This document shows, one piece after another, positions 1 through 8,386 of a stretch of DNA of 32,000 bases (its first letter is position 1; each line of letters opens with the position of its first letter). Made by a program: the position numbers and the translations under genes. The stretch lies in the NCBI GenBank assembly GCA_002421785.1, contig DIRZ01000002.1, positions 240,001 through 272,000 on the forward strand, given 5' to 3'. Below the pieces are notes generated by a model, which was given only the letters and a program-made list of their open reading frames with translations, ran no database searches and had not been told where the DNA came from. This DNA comes from Candidatus Saccharimonadota bacterium. GTDB lineage: Bacteria > Patescibacteriota > Saccharimonadia > Saccharimonadales > Saccharimonadaceae.

Positions 1-1626
1 ACCGCCAACCCGGCCGGTCGCTTTATCTCCCCAGCCTTGCATCTTTGCGCCCATCTTGCCAGTTGCGGCCAGGGCGCCTTTGAGCATTCCGGGCACTACG
101 AAGAGCGGCAGTGCAGTGGCGCCAAGCGCGACGATCTTCATGAATGGTTCGGATGATGTGGACAGAATTGCTGCAGCCAATGCGCTTGCGCCGAATACCG
201 CACTAACAACAGGAAATAGCATAAGTAAGCTAAAGAATAGTTTCGACCACTTTTTAAACAACGACTCGGTATTTGGTAACAGATAGGCTACAAACGCGAG
301 GGGTGCGATGACGATTAACAGCACAATGAGTGCCTGCCTGGCCAGTAGAATAAATGCGATGAGTGCAAGTGCGAAGAATGCCGCAAGGAGAACCGGTACA
401 GATACGGCAAGTAGAAGTGCCAGAACGGTCCCAATTCCAAGTGCACCGGCGAGGATTTGACCTATTAATTCGGCCCATCCACCAGAATCAGCCTTCGTGG
501 TAATAGTAATCGAACCCCCAAGCTGGTCGAATATCGCCTTTATGCCGTATCCCGCAATATTACTCAGGTCGACTGCCAGCTGGCATATAAAGAACGAAAT
601 ATTTACCAAAATGGCGGCAATGATAATTTTTGGTAACATGCGCTTAATGCCATAGTTACTAATCCCAGCACTTGTTACCTGAGAATAGATAATAATCAAG
701 AAGGCGATCACAAACATCACGTTGGCATAGTTCTTAAACACGTCCCAAGCTTTGTATGTTGTCGAATCTCTAGTGAATAGCTCCGGTTTTACTACCAGCG
801 TTCCCGCAATAAAATCGTATAACCCATCATTTAAGCTGGCGATAAAGTTCATGACAGGACAAACAATCCAGCCAATCGAGTCAACATTACACTGTGACTC
901 TTTGGTCGCGTCCGCTCCCACGACTGGTTTAGCGTCAAGCTTTCCGGTTGATATCTGGCTGGCACAGCTTAATACATTGGGCGTGGCGGTGTCTAAGTTT
1001 TCTTCGCCAGCTACGCAGTTTTTCCATGCTTCAGAACACTGGTCGCTAGTGAGCATACTGCCAGCAGTAGTTACTTTTGCACACGCCTGTATTGCTTCGC
1101 ATCGCGCCTTGAGGTAGGTGTCGGTCATCGCGGAGCAGTCTTGTTTGGTTATGTCTGTCGCGCTAATATCGAGTGGCTTAGTGGCGGCCGCGGTGTTCGC
1201 GATTGTGACGGTACCCTTGAATGCGCTGGGTGAACAATATTTTACTTCGCGCTCGCCAGTACTCGCCAGGCGATCGCTTAGTGTTCCCTTTCCGGCGTTG
1301 CTTGCATCTACTGTAAGGGTGACACTATATGTACAAATAACGTCAATCGTGTCGGTTATACCCGAGTCCCCCATTAATCGGCTATTGCTGAACGTCGGTC
1401 GACTGCCACTCAGTACAAGGGTACCTCCGTCGCCGGCAACATCTTCTCCGCCAGGCCCAAAATAGCTGTATTGAATGAGAATTTGACTACTGTTTGCCCA
1501 CTTGAGTGACATATTTGACACGGCGAACGCAGAAGGAATGAGTGGGCCGATGATATTCAACAACGAGCTTAATGCAAGGACAGTAATCGTCGTAAATAGC
1601 CCAACCCGTTTTTTTCCTATTAACAT
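1..1626 (-). CDS. TrbL/VirB6-like polytopic membrane protein, paralog A (3' end runs off the window)
   Basis: Absent from the ORF track because there is no stop in the window. I read all minus-frame codons from 1626 down to 1 by hand and found no stop. ATG at 1626. N-terminal anchor is MLIGKKRVGLFTTITVLALSSLL, followed by a Cys-rich ectodomain and a multi-TM core (GWIVCPVMNFIASL, VIAFLIIIYSQVTSAGISNYGIKRMLP, APLAFVAYLLPNTE). The core is clearly paralogous to ORF 2752..5739. Confidence 0.65.
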   Translation of the reverse strand, partial: MLIGKKRVGLFTTITVLALSSLLNIIGPLIPSAFAVSNMSLKWANSSQILIQYSYFGPGGEDVAGDGGTLVLSGSRPTFSNSRLMGDSGITDTIDVICTYSVTLTVDASNAGKGTLSDRLASTGEREVKYCSPSAFKGTVTIANTAAATKPLDISATDITKQDCSAMTDTYLKARCEAIQACAKVTTAGSMLTSDQCSEAWKNCVAGEENLDTATPNVLSCASQISTGKLDAKPVVGADATKESQCNVDSIGWIVCPVMNFIASLNDGLYDFIAGTLVVKPELFTRDSTTYKAWDVFKNYANVMFVIAFLIIIYSQVTSAGISNYGIKRMLPKIIIAAILVNISFFICQLAVDLSNIAGYGIKAIFDQLGGSITITTKADSGGWAELIGQILAGALGIGTVLALLLAVSVPVLLAAFFALALIAFILLARQALIVLLIVIAPLAFVAYLLPNTESLFKKWSKLFFSLLMLFPVVSAVFGASALAAAILSTSSEPFMKIVALGATALPLFVVPGMLKGALAATGKMGAKMQGWGDKATGRVGG

Positions 1627-1722
1627 ATAGCTATTATGCACAATTGCTTACGGTTTGGAAACACTTATGCATAATAATAACCCCCGCGAACGAGGGTTAT
1701 TAAAAGGCTGGGACCTACTAAA

Positions 1723-2646
1723 CTATTGATTGAGTAACTGAGCGTCAAGGGTTGTGAACGTATCGAGGTTCCACTTACCATCAACGACGGTTAGTTCTCC
1801 CTGAAACCTAAATAGATTGTTAAAGTCCTTAGGAAGTCCGGCATTCGTTCGCGACTCTGCAACGCCTGGAGACACCGAGCCGGCGTTGTCTGCCATAGTT
1901 ATACCAAAGGCGGTATCAGCTGCGTAGCCTGCGTCGGTAGGTTCTTTGCCATTATCGACGACTGTTTGATCTACCAGCTTAACATCTACAATAATGTCGG
2001 AGTCGATACCATTCATTTTGGCCGCCCCTTCATATCCTGCTACGGTTGCATGATAGTCAAATAACGCTGCGGTTGCCTGATCATCAAAGGTTATTTCGGT
2101 GGTGCCGGTAACTGCTTTTTTGAAAGCATTGCCATAAAAGAAGTATGCCGCAGATGGACAGCCGGTTGCCACGCTGCTTGTTGGGGCGAACTTATCACGC
2201 GGCGCTTGTTGCATATCTGCAGGGGCACAACCTGTGTTCATGTATTCGCCAATAACCACGGCAAGTCGTTGATTAACGTCTGCGGGGGTTGGGTATTCAG
2301 CGAGTGGAATTGACCATCGATCGACAAGCTCCTCATAGGTGAGAGACTCGCCACCGACAGTATAACTATATGTTTCAGTACGAAGACCATCCGGGTTATT
2401 AGCAGGATCAAGTACTTCCGGTGGATCGATACTTGATACCGGCGCTTGGGTTTCGACGGGAGTTGGTGTAGCGCTTGGGGTATATTCTCCAGGATCGGCA
2501 GGCGCAGAAGCTGAGGGTGCGGGTGCGGGAACCTCGGTTTTTGCTGGTCCACAAGCCGAAAGGCCCGTGACACCTAGAATACCAATGAGGCCGCTAGCAA
2601 CTCGGCGTTTCCATTTTTCAGCTGAAGTAGGTTTACGGTTTTCCAT
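1723..2646 (-). CDS. Secreted lipoprotein, unknown function (Pro/Ala/Thr-rich linker plus globular domain)
   Basis: 307 aa. Signal peptide with lipobox (GILGVTGLSAC followed by GPAKTE), then a low-complexity PAPAPSASAPADP linker. Has its own promoter and sits between the two VirB6-like paralogs. Confidence 0.6.
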   Translation of the reverse strand: MENRKPTSAEKWKRRVASGLIGILGVTGLSACGPAKTEVPAPAPSASAPADPGEYTPSATPTPVETQAPVSSIDPPEVLDPANNPDGLRTETYSYTVGGESLTYEELVDRWSIPLAEYPTPADVNQRLAVVIGEYMNTGCAPADMQQAPRDKFAPTSSVATGCPSAAYFFYGNAFKKAVTGTTEITFDDQATAALFDYHATVAGYEGAAKMNGIDSDIIVDVKLVDQTVVDNGKEPTDAGYAADTAFGITMADNAGSVSPGVAESRTNAGLPKDFNNLFRFQGELTVVDGKWNLDTFTTLDAQLLNQ

Positions 2647-2703
2647 AGGTTGGATGATTCTCCTTGTACGCTATTACTGTTGAGGGCACGTACTATAGTG
2701 CAG

Positions 2704-2732
2704 ATTATACACCATATGCTTAAATTTGTCAA
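2704..2732 (-). promoter_or_regulatory. Sigma70-type promoter for the lipoprotein gene
   Basis: On the minus strand: TTGACA (2732-2727), 17-nt spacer, TATAAT (2709-2704). AAGGAG lies further downstream, before ATG 2646. Confidence 0.55.
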
Positions 2733-2751
2733 TATGCTGCTTGGGCGATGA

Positions 2752-5739
2752 CTATGGACCGGTATACTTAGGGCCAGCAAACTTCTTGAGGAGCTCGACT
2801 GACTGGCTGTTGGCGCTTTGGCGAACCGTGGTGTTGCCAAGGACTTGGACGGCCATTTCGCGCATAGTATTACGTTGCACTTCAAACTTCGCCACAACAG
2901 ATGCGCGAGCTTCTGCTTCGGTGGCTGTGGGATTCGTTTCTCTGAGTGCGGCGAGCTCACCTGGCACATTATCTTCCACGAGCTTGTTAAACATGTTTTG
3001 TGTGAGCGGCGAGGAGTCGGTGTCAGCAAACAACAGCTTGAGCGACTCGGCATTCGCGGTCGCGAGCGAGTTCATCTTAATGCGACCTTCCAGCACTTCG
3101 CGGAATGAGTGGTACTGCCAGCTCGACATGCCGTTGAACTTACCGTTGATCAAGTCATCGAGAGTCTTGTCGGCAATCGCAGGTGCGATGCCGCTGATAC
3201 CGCTTTTAATCGCAGCCTGCTGAATCGTGCGGCGATATTCGAAGTTGATGTCTTTGATTTTCTCTCCATTTGCATCGAGGATGAAATCCCCCTTGTCGTC
3301 CTGCTTGTAGCCGGCGGTCATGAGCACCTTCATCTTCTGGCCATGCGAGCCGACGGTGAATATTTCATCTGCGGCCATGTCGTGAACGTGCTCATCACTT
3401 GCATCAAAGGTGTAGCTGTTGCCGCTGTCGTCATGAACGGTTGCGATACGCTTCCCCATTGCAAGGTCTTCGATTTGACCGGCGTTCAGCTTGAAGTGGC
3501 TCGAAAGCTCTTTGATTTCCGCTACGTGTTCCCCGAACTCTTTGCGATCCTTGCTGACCACTTGGGCAAGCACGGTCGTTTCGCTGCCGATGCCTGCTGC
3601 GTAGGCGCGAGCTTTTTTGCCATCGATAGTAATCGAGTCTTTGAGCATGATTTTATTGATATCGCTATTCAGTTCTTGTTCTGCCATCGACTTCGCGATA
3701 TTTGTGAGGTTTGATTCAACCTGTCCCTTGTTAATATCCCGTGCAATCGTCAGCATGCCTGAACGAGCTTGAGCGTCAACACCTTGTAGGTTGAGGATAT
3801 GTTCAGATTTGTCGCCCTGAGCAACTACTTCGGCATGCATTTTGTCAAGTTTCACCTTGGATAGGTCGGCTTGAACACTGCTTTGCTTGAGAGCAAGTTC
3901 TTGCTGTAATAGGACGCCATCGGTGCGCACAGCGTTGTTCCAGCTGGCTTCGTGCTGGTTTTCGATGCGCTTTTTGTCGCTTTCGACGGTGCGGTGGGCG
4001 CGACTGACGGCATGACCGTAGTGGCTGCCTTCAAACTCGTTTTCGACCCGCTGCTTATCGACACCAAGCATTCGCGATTGATACTCGAGCTGTCGCCCGA
4101 CGCGGGTACGCGCAAAGGTGTTATCGATTTCTTGCTTGCGGTTGGTGTTACCGCGATTCTGCGCTTCAATTGCCATGCCGTCGCGTGAGCCGGCAAAGTT
4201 ATTGTCTGCCATACCTTCGTACGCCTTCTTCCACCCCTCACGGCGGCGTCGTTTGCGGTCGATACCCTGAGTACGGCGGTTTGCCCAGGTGTTGCGTGCC
4301 TGGCCGGCGAGAATTTTCGCCTTTTTCTCCTGTGCCCTGCCCTGCGCCCAGTTTCGCGTGCGGTCAATGGCGCCCTTTTTAGGGTTGTTGACAAGGCCTG
4401 CGATTTTACCAATAAGTGAACCGCTGAACTTGATGAGTAGTGGGGTGACAACCACGGGCGCCACCATGACCGCCATACCGAGGATAATAAGGTTGAGCGA
4501 GCTGCCGGCGTTCTGGATAATTGCGAGTCCGGCAAGCTGTGCACCTGCAAATACTGTCGAGAATGCCGGGAACATCACGAGCATAGTGACGAATAAGTCC
4601 TTCCATTTGTCAAAGTATTTTTCGGTGTTTGGCAGCAAGTACGCGACGAATGCGAGTGGTGAGATGACGACCAGGCAGATGATAAGCGCCTGACGTGCCG
4701 CCATGACCAGAATGGCGACCAGTGCGGCGATAAGCACGCCTACGAGTGTAGGAATGAGCAAGATGAGCGACCCACCCAGCCCAGTAGATAGGACCGAATA
4801 GGCACCAAACCCTGCCAGCGTGGCAATGGTGCCACCTGAGAGGATGTAGGTTGTGAGGCTTGACCAAGTGACATTGTCATATTGCCCTGTTGTGTTGAGT
4901 GACGTAAAGACACCAGTAAACAGGGTGTGGATAGACTCTCCAACGACATTTGATACATCGACCGCAAGTGATGTGACCCAGAAGGATACGTTGACGAGGA
5001 TGGCGGCGACCATAAGTCGTGGCAACATTCGCTTGATGCCATAGTTGCTGATTCCGAGGCTCGTTACTTGTGAGTAGACGATTACAAGAAACGCAATGAC
5101 GAAACAAACGTTCGCGAGGTCACGAACGATTGCCCACATGCGATAAATCGAGCTGTTTGTATCACCCCTGATGGGCTGAACAATCAAGAAACCCGACAGG
5201 ATGTCGTATAGGTGGTCCATGCCCGAGGCGAGGAAGTTAACCACGGGGCAAAGGATCCACCCGATACCCTGGGTTAGGTTACCATCACAGCCTGTTGCGC
5301 TGCCGCCGGCCGCAGTCTCTAGGCTGCTGGGTGGCCCATCGGCGATACTCACTGATTTTGGTGGAGAAGGATTGCTAAAGTTGCCAGACGGAATGCCGTC
5401 GTAAAAGACGTATTGTCCTGTTGTAGCGGTTTTTGCATCACCAGATGTAAGGATAAAATATGTTTTGTTTGCGGCGGTATCGACAAACTGGTAACCACTT
5501 GTGCTGCTTGGGAGGCCCGGGGGTAGTTTGTCGGGGTTCGAGCCTGTTGTGGCGAGAATGGTAAACGTTTTACTGTCGTAGGTGAGGCTGTTGCCGTTCC
5601 GTGTGGCATCGGCAGCAAGTACAGGGGTTGTAAAGACGGTAAGTACCGAAAATATGGCCACCATAAGGGATGCGGCCAAAGTGGTAATACGTCGCTGGCG
5701 ATACCTACCCAGCGAGAACTTTTTTGGAAGATCCCACAT
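2752..5739 (-). CDS. TrbL/VirB6-like polytopic membrane protein, paralog B, with a ~520-aa charged C-terminal extension
   Basis: 995 aa. N-terminal TM anchor, ~150-aa ectodomain, then a multi-TM core sharing long blocks with paralog A (GWILCPVVNFLASG, VIAFLVIVYSQVTSLGISNYGIKRMLP, SPLAFVAYLLPNTE). A long Arg/Lys/Glu-rich soluble tail follows. Confidence 0.7.
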   Translation of the reverse strand: MWDLPKKFSLGRYRQRRITTLAASLMVAIFSVLTVFTTPVLAADATRNGNSLTYDSKTFTILATTGSNPDKLPPGLPSSTSGYQFVDTAANKTYFILTSGDAKTATTGQYVFYDGIPSGNFSNPSPPKSVSIADGPPSSLETAAGGSATGCDGNLTQGIGWILCPVVNFLASGMDHLYDILSGFLIVQPIRGDTNSSIYRMWAIVRDLANVCFVIAFLVIVYSQVTSLGISNYGIKRMLPRLMVAAILVNVSFWVTSLAVDVSNVVGESIHTLFTGVFTSLNTTGQYDNVTWSSLTTYILSGGTIATLAGFGAYSVLSTGLGGSLILLIPTLVGVLIAALVAILVMAARQALIICLVVISPLAFVAYLLPNTEKYFDKWKDLFVTMLVMFPAFSTVFAGAQLAGLAIIQNAGSSLNLIILGMAVMVAPVVVTPLLIKFSGSLIGKIAGLVNNPKKGAIDRTRNWAQGRAQEKKAKILAGQARNTWANRRTQGIDRKRRRREGWKKAYEGMADNNFAGSRDGMAIEAQNRGNTNRKQEIDNTFARTRVGRQLEYQSRMLGVDKQRVENEFEGSHYGHAVSRAHRTVESDKKRIENQHEASWNNAVRTDGVLLQQELALKQSSVQADLSKVKLDKMHAEVVAQGDKSEHILNLQGVDAQARSGMLTIARDINKGQVESNLTNIAKSMAEQELNSDINKIMLKDSITIDGKKARAYAAGIGSETTVLAQVVSKDRKEFGEHVAEIKELSSHFKLNAGQIEDLAMGKRIATVHDDSGNSYTFDASDEHVHDMAADEIFTVGSHGQKMKVLMTAGYKQDDKGDFILDANGEKIKDINFEYRRTIQQAAIKSGISGIAPAIADKTLDDLINGKFNGMSSWQYHSFREVLEGRIKMNSLATANAESLKLLFADTDSSPLTQNMFNKLVEDNVPGELAALRETNPTATEAEARASVVAKFEVQRNTMREMAVQVLGNTTVRQSANSQSVELLKKFAGPKYTGP

Positions 5740-5796
5740 ATCAGTTTTATACTAACACTTTTCACTCAAAAAGTCAATGCATATACAGGGTAAAAC

Positions 5797-5826
5797 TTTA
5801 CTTTTATCAGGGTGTGCGTGTACACT
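5797..5826 (+). promoter_or_regulatory. Candidate promoter for the pilin-like operon
   Basis: TTTACT (5797-5802), 18-nt spacer, TACACT (5821-5826). AAGGA lies 9 nt before ATG 5847. The match is weak. Confidence 0.3.
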
Positions 5827-5846
5827 AAGGGCTAAGGATATTTACC

Positions 5847-6296
5847 ATGAAATACAAATACATATTCGCCCCACTTTTTGCCGGTATTGTGGCTATCGCC
5901 CTGGGGCAAAACGTCAACGCATTGCACGCAGTGCAAACACCCGTAACCGCGGTTTCATACCCGCCTACTTCCTTCGCTGTCGAAGGTGTAAGTTGCGCCA
6001 TACTTCCCCAAGATATCTGTAACGCAGCAACCCAAAAACCCAACGGGAGTGACGTACAGCAGACGGGTATATTCCAGCTACTGACTTTTGTGCTTCGCAT
6101 CATGACTGCACTCGTCGGTATCGCTGCAGTTGGGGCGCTCATCTACGCGGGGGTTCTGTATTCGAGCGCCGGCGGCAGCAATGAGCAGGTTGCGAAATCG
6201 AAAAAACTTATCACCGACACCGTCATTGGCATTGTCGCGTATGCACTAATGTTTTTCGCACTAAACTGGCTTATTCCAGGGGGAGTTATCGGGTAA
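5847..6296 (+). CDS. VirB2/TrbC-like (T4SS pilin-like) small membrane protein P1
   Basis: 149 aa. Signal peptide, one Cys pair (VSCAILPQDIC), then TM helix, polar loop (YSSAGGSNEQVAKSKKLI) and a second TM helix. Confidence 0.6.
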   Translation: MKYKYIFAPLFAGIVAIALGQNVNALHAVQTPVTAVSYPPTSFAVEGVSCAILPQDICNAATQKPNGSDVQQTGIFQLLTFVLRIMTALVGIAAVGALIYAGVLYSSAGGSNEQVAKSKKLITDTVIGIVAYALMFFALNWLIPGGVIG

Positions 6297-6715
6297 TGAT
6301 TAAAAAGTCTTACATCGCCATTATGTTGGTACTAACAATGCTTGGTACAGTGGTAACATTCGGGCAGACCACTGCGGCTGCCTGTCCTCCAGCTGAGTTC
6401 CTGGGAATAAACGCATGGTATAAGGGACTGCAAGATGCGAACTGTGGTGTTGCGATGAAGACAAACGGCAGTGCGGACGAGGTTCGTGTATTTGTGACCA
6501 CTATTGCACTCAACGTGTTGCAAGCAGGCCTGGCGATTGTCGCATATGTCACCGTATTCTTTATTATAAAGGGTGGATTCATGTATATGACGAGCGCTGG
6601 CGCGCAGGATGGAATGGCGAGCGCGAAGAAAACGATCACCAATGCAATTATTGGCTTGGTGATTGCCGTATTTGCCGCATCTATTGTTAACGCTATCGCA
6701 GGAGCCATTAAATGA
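6296..6715 (+). CDS. T4SS pilin-like small membrane protein P2
   Basis: 139 aa. The start overlaps the P1 stop (TAATG). Signal peptide, Cys pair (AACPP...DANC), TM-loop-TM with loop YMTSAGAQDGMASAKKTI. Confidence 0.6.
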   Translation: MIKKSYIAIMLVLTMLGTVVTFGQTTAAACPPAEFLGINAWYKGLQDANCGVAMKTNGSADEVRVFVTTIALNVLQAGLAIVAYVTVFFIIKGGFMYMTSAGAQDGMASAKKTITNAIIGLVIAVFAASIVNAIAGAIK

Positions 6716-7011
6716 TTCCCTACTACTTTCTTCAATTCGCTGCGCTTATCGATGCTAACCAAGTCGGCATTCCAAAAGCGACGAGTGACCAGAAGGTACT
6801 GGTGCAAAACATATTGTATCCAACATATTTCTGGGCCAGTGCTATCGCGGTTATCGTCATTATTGCGGCAGGGTTCTTTTATGTCACGAGCAACGGCAAT
6901 CCACAGCAGGTGACCCGGGCGAAAAACGCTATACTTGGTGCCGTTGTTGGCTTCATCGTGGTATTACTGGCGTTTACGATCACCTTTATCGTGATAGGAG
7001 GCCTAAAATGA
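6712..7011 (+). CDS. T4SS pilin-like small membrane protein P3 (no obvious signal peptide)
   Basis: 99 aa. ATGA overlap with P2. TM-loop-TM with loop FYVTSNGNPQQVTRAKNAI. The N-terminus lacks a classical signal peptide and has no Cys. Confidence 0.5.
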   Translation: MIPYYFLQFAALIDANQVGIPKATSDQKVLVQNILYPTYFWASAIAVIVIIAAGFFYVTSNGNPQQVTRAKNAILGAVVGFIVVLLAFTITFIVIGGLK

Positions 7012-7385
7012 GACAAAAACTGATTGCCGCCCTACTTGTGGTTGTAGGGATAGTTGCACTGTTTGAGCAGCCCGCCCTCGCCGTTGACATCATTCCTAAT
7101 TGCCAAACTACTGGCGGTGCATCCTGTAGTATTGTAAAAGAAGACCGCCTGAACTATATGACAGGGGCAACGGGTATATGGGGTATCATACAGCTTGTCA
7201 TGACGATTCTCGGCGCCGTTGCAGTAATCATGATTGTGATTGGCGGCATTAAGTATACAATTTCACAAGGCGATAGCTCGGCGGTGACCAGTGCAAAGAA
7301 TACAATTCTGTATTCGGTGATTGGACTCGTTGTCGCGATATTCGCTACGGCTATCATTGGGTTCGTAAGTAGTTATTTTGCATAA
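7008..7385 (+). CDS. T4SS pilin-like small membrane protein P4
   Basis: 125 aa. ATGA overlap with P3. Signal peptide ends PALA, Cys pair NCQTTGGASC, core GGIKYTISQGDSSAVTSAKNTILY between two TM helices. Confidence 0.65.
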   Translation: MRQKLIAALLVVVGIVALFEQPALAVDIIPNCQTTGGASCSIVKEDRLNYMTGATGIWGIIQLVMTILGAVAVIMIVIGGIKYTISQGDSSAVTSAKNTILYSVIGLVVAIFATAIIGFVSSYFA

Positions 7386-7398
7386 AGGAGAAAACACA

Positions 7399-7770
7399 GT
7401 GAAAAACATCAAACAACTTATCATTGCGTCAATGCTTGTACTTGGTATTGGCTTCATGGCTACCCCTGCCTATGCAGCGTGTACAAGCGGCGTGGACTGT
7501 ATTAACGATGGCCTAGAGGCAACGGGCGGTACGGGAGGATCGAAGGATATCGGCCCCATTATTAAAGACATCGTAAATGCCCTGCTGTTTATTTTGGCGG
7601 CGGTTGCGGTGATTATGATTGTGATCGGTGGTATCCGTTATACGATTTCACAGGGCGACAGCTCATCTGTGACATCAGCCAAGAATACCATTCTGTACGC
7701 GGTTATCGGACTTGTTGTGGCAATATTGGCCTACGCCATCGTCAACTTTGTTGTCGACCGTCTGACATAA
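7399..7770 (+). CDS. T4SS pilin-like small membrane protein P5
   Basis: The ORF track starts at TTG 7378. GTG 7399 lies 8 nt after AAAGGAG (7384-7390) and gives a normal signal peptide (MKNIKQLIIASMLVLGIGFMATPAYA). Cys pair ACTSGVDC, core GGIRYTISQGDSSSVTSAKNTILY. Confidence 0.65.
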   Translation: MKNIKQLIIASMLVLGIGFMATPAYAACTSGVDCINDGLEATGGTGGSKDIGPIIKDIVNALLFILAAVAVIMIVIGGIRYTISQGDSSSVTSAKNTILYAVIGLVVAILAYAIVNFVVDRLT

Positions 7771-7784
7771 AGTTTCTGCTACTG

Positions 7785-7813
7785 TTAACAATTAGTGCAA
7801 CATCTGGTATATA
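7785..7813 (+). promoter_or_regulatory. Candidate internal promoter for P6
   Basis: TTAACA (7785-7790), 17-nt spacer, TATATA (7808-7813), located in the 87-nt P5-P6 gap. AAAGGAA precedes ATG 7858. Confidence 0.4.
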
Positions 7814-7857
7814 TAGTATCAAGAGTTAATCCAATTTGAAGAAAGGAATGGATAAAC

Positions 7858-8265
7858 ATGAAGATTAGTATTAAAAAACACCTGCTAACACTGCTTGCAG
7901 TTCCTGCCTTCGCACTTAGCGTTGCGGGTGTTGTTGCTGTACCTACGTACGCAGCCTGTGACACCTCTGGAGGCCTGAGCGCTGCCGCTGAATGTGCAAA
8001 GAGTGAAGATCAGCCAGCAGACCTGTTTGGAGACGGCGGTGTGTTCCAGGTCATCACCGATGTACTCCTGTTCATTATCGGTGCAGTATCAGTCGTGATG
8101 ATCATTTTCGGCGGCATTAAGTATACAATTTCACAAGGCGACAGCACTGCAGTGACGAGCGCAAAGAACACCATTCTTTACGCTGTTATCGGTCTTGTTG
8201 TAGCAATCCTTGCCTACGCGGTGATTCACTACGTTATCGGTGCGCTCGCAACACCAGCTGAGTAG
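7858..8265 (+). CDS. T4SS pilin-like small membrane protein P6
   Basis: 135 aa. Signal peptide ends PTYA, Cys pair ACDTSGGLSAAAEC, core GGIKYTISQGDSTAVTSAKNTILY between two TM helices. Confidence 0.65.
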   Translation: MKISIKKHLLTLLAVPAFALSVAGVVAVPTYAACDTSGGLSAAAECAKSEDQPADLFGDGGVFQVITDVLLFIIGAVSVVMIIFGGIKYTISQGDSTAVTSAKNTILYAVIGLVVAILAYAVIHYVIGALATPAE

Positions 8266-8289
8266 GGCTATTACGGGAATAATACAAAG

Positions 8290-8315
8290 CTGCGGGAAAC
8301 CGCAGTTTTTGTTTT
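8290..8315 (+). terminator. Rho-independent terminator of the pilin array
   Basis: Hairpin ctgcgg-gaaa-ccgcag followed by tttttgtttt. Confidence 0.7.
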
Positions 8316-8336
8316 GGCCCGCCCCACCTGTTCGAA

Positions 8337-8366
8337 CAAAATAAATAACCCTGCACGATGCAGGGC
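8337..8366 (-). terminator. Rho-independent terminator of hsp20
   Basis: On the minus strand, hairpin ccctgcatcgtgcaggg followed by ttatttatttt. Confidence 0.65.
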
Positions 8367-8386
8367 TACTTACTCGCATTGGTTGA

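Noticed and set aside
2726-5107. Many 60-230-aa ORFs on both strands inside 2752..5739 (for example 3109..3714 plus, 3852..4550 minus, 4289..4693 plus)
   Set aside because: They are shadow ORFs fully nested in the 995-aa VirB6-like CDS. The 995-aa frame has coherent TM topology and a paralog; the nested ORFs have no start signals.
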